A stretch of DNA of 44,008 nt from an uncultured bacterium (GTDB lineage: Bacteria; Patescibacteriota; Minisyncoccia; Phycocordibacterales; UBA9973): assembly GCA_903891365.1 (NCBI GenBank), contig CAITEG010000004.1, positions 1-44,008 on the forward strand, given 5' to 3'. This document shows, in pieces, positions 41,324 through 44,008 of the stretch. The position numbers were made by a program, and so were the translations under genes. The notes beneath the pieces are model-generated. The model was not told the origin of the DNA, made no database searches, and was given only the letters and a program-made list of their open reading frames with translations. Position 1 is the first letter of the stretch; each line of letters begins with the position of its first letter.

Positions 41324-42004
41324 ATGGCAAAAGCAAAGACAAAAATAGTAAAGGCAAAGACTAAAAAGAAATCTATAGATCAATTATTAAAAGAAAGTGC
41401 TATTGTCAAACTAGACCTCGCATGTGGCGCCAATAAACAGGGAAAAGACTTTATAGGGATGGATATGTTCCCTTATCCGGGAGTTGATATCGTTCATAAT
41501 GCACTAAACTTCCCATGGCCATTGCCAGACAAGAGTGTGAATATGATTGTGGCCTCTCACTTCTTGGAGCACGTATCTGCGAGTGGAATAGACCCGCACC
41601 TTTCTGACCTTATAGATCTCTTGATTAAAAATAAGATTCTTAAGGAAAAAGAAATAACAGATCTTATGGGTGAACACCGAATATTTAGTAACTTCATTCG
41701 TCTTCTTGACGAATGTTGGCGTGTTCTTAAGGTTGGTGGACAAATGGCCTTTGTAGGTCCTTATTACCAGTCCATAGGAGCAGCACAGGATCCTACACAT
41801 GTGAAACCCTTGTGCGAAGCTTCTATGTTGTATTTTGATCCTGAGGAGTGTGGTGGTTTGTTCTGGAATTTCTACAAACCAAAACCTTGGAAACTTGAAA
41901 TGCAGTCCTTTGAAGGAAGTGGAAATATTGAAGTCATTATAAGCAAACGTGATATAAAACCGTATGAAGAAAGAATCAAAAGTCATCTCGAAGTTGAAAA
42001 CTAA
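41324..42004 (+). CDS. class I SAM-dependent methyltransferase with a Lys-rich N-terminus
   Basis: MAKAKTKIVKAKTKKKS, then motif I VKLDLACGAN, NMIVASHFLEHV and WRVLKVGGQMAFVGPY. Confidence 0.7.
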   Translation: MAKAKTKIVKAKTKKKSIDQLLKESAIVKLDLACGANKQGKDFIGMDMFPYPGVDIVHNALNFPWPLPDKSVNMIVASHFLEHVSASGIDPHLSDLIDLLIKNKILKEKEITDLMGEHRIFSNFIRLLDECWRVLKVGGQMAFVGPYYQSIGAAQDPTHVKPLCEASMLYFDPEECGGLFWNFYKPKPWKLEMQSFEGSGNIEVIISKRDIKPYEERIKSHLEVEN

Positions 42005-42947
42005 AACTAAAAAGACCGTCAAGATTAAGACTAAAAAGTCAGTGACTAAGAAGGAACCCAAGAAACCATCAATTCCTTCAGCCATTCCTCTAGGACAGAT
42101 AATGCAAGGGAAATATAACTTTACTATTCCTGGCATCAAATTAGCAAAAGATTCAGCTCTTCTAGGGAAAAGAGTTCTTATCTTTACTCCTACAATAGGT
42201 CTAGTTAGAATGGAGTGGGTTTCGGCCCGCTATTCTCAGTTGGTTCCAACCAATTGGTCATTTGCAAATATGTTGCAATTTATCTCTGCGCAAATTCCAA
42301 TTGGATATCAAATTCCTGATGCTCAGAATCTAATGGTTAAAAAGGTTGTTGAAGAGGGTTATGAATGGGTTCTATTAATTGAAGATGACAATATTTTGCC
42401 ACCAGATGCATTTATTCGATTCAATGAGTATATAAATGAAGCAACTATTCCAATGGTTTCGGGGTTGTACTTCGTGAAATCTACTTTTGCAGAACCAATT
42501 CTCTATCGTGGTCGTGGTAACTCCCATTTCCGTGACTGGAAATTGGGGGATCGTGTATGGTGTGACGGTGTACCGACAGGCGCACTTCTCATCCACTCAT
42601 CACTTCTGAAAGCAGCATGGAAAGAGTCTGAAGAGTACATGATAATGGGTGAAAAAACTCGTCGTGTGTTTGAACAACCAAATAGGATCTGGTACGACGA
42701 GGTGTCAGGTGGTATAATTGGAAAAGGCGGTACAACCGATCTCAATTGGTGTAGTCGTCTTATGGAAGATGGATTGTTTGAAAAGGCCGGTTGGCCTAAG
42801 TTTCAAAAGATGCAGTATCCTTTCTTAGTGGATACAAGGATCTTCGTTAGACATATCGGAAAGGATGGTGTGCAGTGGCCAATAGCGGTCCCAGCTCGCT
42901 TTGTTCCTGACGATAAAAATTATAAAGGCATTGATATAATCGATTAA
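41964..42947 (+). CDS. GT-A fold glycosyltransferase-like protein, possibly with a Lys-rich N-terminus
   Basis: RVLIFTPTIG..., the DxD-like VLLIEDDNILPPDAF, and GT2-like length. The start is uncertain. The ATG at 41964 overlaps the methyltransferase gene by 41 nt and adds KLKTKTKKTVKIKTKKSVTKKEPKKP. The next ATG is at 42102. Confidence 0.5.
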   Translation: MKKESKVISKLKTKTKKTVKIKTKKSVTKKEPKKPSIPSAIPLGQIMQGKYNFTIPGIKLAKDSALLGKRVLIFTPTIGLVRMEWVSARYSQLVPTNWSFANMLQFISAQIPIGYQIPDAQNLMVKKVVEEGYEWVLLIEDDNILPPDAFIRFNEYINEATIPMVSGLYFVKSTFAEPILYRGRGNSHFRDWKLGDRVWCDGVPTGALLIHSSLLKAAWKESEEYMIMGEKTRRVFEQPNRIWYDEVSGGIIGKGGTTDLNWCSRLMEDGLFEKAGWPKFQKMQYPFLVDTRIFVRHIGKDGVQWPIAVPARFVPDDKNYKGIDIID

Positions 42948-42951
42948 AATT

Positions 42952-43068
42952 ATGGAAGAAAACGCAGGCGTAACCGACAGTGTTCAGGCAGAAGTTATCA
43001 CGGATGCTCCAGTAGAAACTACTGAGGAAACTGTTGTCGTACCGGAAGAGGTTGTAGAGGCTGAATAA
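42952..43068 (+). CDS. small acidic protein (38 aa)
   Basis: Own translation: MEENAGVTDSVQAEVITDAPVETTEETVVVPEEVVEAE. Followed by a terminator. Confidence 0.35.
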   Translation: MEENAGVTDSVQAEVITDAPVETTEETVVVPEEVVEAE

Positions 43069-43088
43069 GCTTATCTTACAGATAGAGG

Positions 43089-43114
43089 AAACGCGTCTTT
43101 TGGCGCGTTTTTTC
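43089..43114 (+). terminator. rho-independent terminator
   Basis: aaacgcg (43089-43095), loop tcttttgg, cgcgttt (43104-43110), with the T-run extending to 43113. Confidence 0.65.
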
Positions 43115-43209
43115 TTAACCTATGGCCTACTAATTGAGATATTCTTAGGAATATGGCGAAATATCTACTAGCACTATTTGCCCAGAAAGTGCGGGGTCTT
43201 TTCTAATTT

Positions 43210-44008
43210 ATGGCAATAGCATACAACTCATCAGGAGAAGCTGACGGAACGACAGGGGCATCTCCTTCTACAGCATCAATTACTGTGCCGAGTAGTTTAT
43301 CTAACTCCGTACTTGTTGTGGCAGTTCAAGGACATAATTCAGGTAAAAATGATATGTCTTGTTCTGCTTGTACATACAATGGAGTTTCAATGATTCCATT
43401 ATCGGCAGCAGCTGGAGTAGGAAGTGGTACGGGATACTGTGTTAGAGGATTTTATCTTCTTAACCCAGCATCTGGAGCAAATACTATTTCTGCATCTTTC
43501 CCTAACACTTCTGATGCTGTGATATTTATTTATGGAATATATACAGGAGTGGGGGCTGTCACTAGTGGAAATAATGGAACAGACGCTGGTTCAAAAATTT
43601 CAACTTGTTCACTTAACGTAACAACATCACAAACTGGAGAATGGGGAGTTTCTACACAAGGGGGGAATGGGGCTTACACAACAGCTAGTACAAACATAAA
43701 CTCTATTCGTCTTAATAATTCAAGCGGGGCGTGGTTTTTGGGTGACTCAAATGGTTCTCTCGGAACAGCTGGGACTTATGCTCTCGTTTGGAACGAATCT
43801 CCTGCTGACTGGTGGTATGGCGGTGCATCATTTTCACTTCAGCCTGCTCAAGCAATATATAATATTTCAGTTTCCGATACAATTACTGTTTCTGAAGCAA
43901 AAACGATAACCAACAGTACCCTGGGTACTAAAACAGTAAGTGACACAATAACAGTTTCTGAAGCAAAAACGATAACCAACAGTACCCTGGGTACTAAAAC
44001 AGTAAGTG
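43210..44008 (+). CDS. Ser/Thr/Gly-rich structural (fibre-like) protein, 5' part (runs off the right window edge)
   Basis: Own translation from the ATG at 43210: MAIAYNSSGEADGTTGASPSTASITVPSS... stays open to the window end, so it is absent from the track. It ends in 22-aa tandem repeats DTITVSEAKTITNSTLGTKTVS. Confidence 0.6.
   Translation, partial: MAIAYNSSGEADGTTGASPSTASITVPSSLSNSVLVVAVQGHNSGKNDMSCSACTYNGVSMIPLSAAAGVGSGTGYCVRGFYLLNPASGANTISASFPNTSDAVIFIYGIYTGVGAVTSGNNGTDAGSKISTCSLNVTTSQTGEWGVSTQGGNGAYTTASTNINSIRLNNSSGAWFLGDSNGSLGTAGTYALVWNESPADWWYGGASFSLQPAQAIYNISVSDTITVSEAKTITNSTLGTKTVSDTITVSEAKTITNSTLGTKTVS
43876..44008 (+). repeat. 66-bp in-frame tandem repeat (at least 2 copies, truncated by the window edge)
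   Basis: 43876-43941 matches 43942-44007 except for about 3 substitutions near the 5' end of the unit. Confidence 0.9.

Noticed and set aside
41504-42139. A 211-aa minus-strand ORF overlapping the late methyltransferase gene.
   Set aside because: It is antisense to an ORF with clear SAM-methyltransferase motifs. It has no motifs of its own, and its strand conflicts with the uniformly plus-strand right arm.
1-44008. Alternative genetic code (stop-codon reassignment), as seen in some large phages.
   Set aside because: Long ORFs of 1065, 1005, 779, 729 and 651 aa with intact domain motifs are uninterrupted under the standard code. The single in-frame TAA case at 7161 is not enough.
1-44008. 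A lysogeny module (integrase, CI/Cro-type repressor, att site), or a T7-like single-subunit RNA polymerase that would match the TACGACTC motifs.
   Set aside because: I recognised no tyrosine or serine recombinase motifs, no repressor pair and no RNA polymerase motifs in any ORF of this window. They may lie outside it.

Overview
This window reads as a contiguous ~44 kb piece of a tailed dsDNA phage or prophage genome, organised as two divergent arms. No integrase, tRNA, rRNA or CRISPR array was found.

Left arm (1-15625, all minus strand): replication, recombination and early genes.
- An SNF2-type helicase, truncated by the window edge.
- A PD-(D/E)XK nuclease.
- A stand-alone sigma-70 region-4 protein.
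- A Prim-Pol/PriCT/VirE-like primase-helicase.
- A tightly coupled operon with a class-II glutamine amidotransferase fusion, two divergent glutamine-synthetase-fold amidoligase paralogs, an HExxH protein and a Cys-rich protein.
- Several small orphan genes.

Switch region (15626-16014): carries phage-specific repeated motifs and promoters.

Right arm (16015-44008, all plus strand), in order:
- A methyltransferase with a histone-H1-like KPKAKL-repeat tail, a second methyltransferase-like protein, and a BCS1-like AAA+ ATPase.
- A self-contained unit for a 1005-aa secreted, peptidoglycan-binding repeat protein.
- A HAD phosphatase, an HU-like protein and a 1065-aa orphan.
- The packaging and head module: small and large terminase, an HNH/NUMOD3 endonuclease, portal, a run of tiny lysine-rich ORFs, scaffold and major capsid.
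- Structural orphans.
- A lysis cassette: XhlA-like protein, papain-like endolysin with a PG-binding domain, and holin.
- A late methyltransferase + glycosyltransferase pair.
- A Ser/Thr-rich repeat protein cut off by the right edge.

Expression signals: six promoters have a perfect TTGACA, an exact 17-bp spacer and a TATAAT-like -10. Several of these place the ATG 6-8 nt after the -10, implying leaderless mRNAs. Shine-Dalgarno sequences are mostly absent.

Most interesting for follow-up:
- The amidotransferase/amidoligase operon.
- A four-copy TACGACTCTAT motif, T7-promoter-like, with downstream hairpins.
- The H1-like-tail methyltransferase / AAA+ cassette.
- The lysine-rich mini-ORF array.
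- A candidate virion glycosylation/methylation pair.

Limits: all protein family calls come from motif recognition by eye. No database search, structure prediction or statistics were run.
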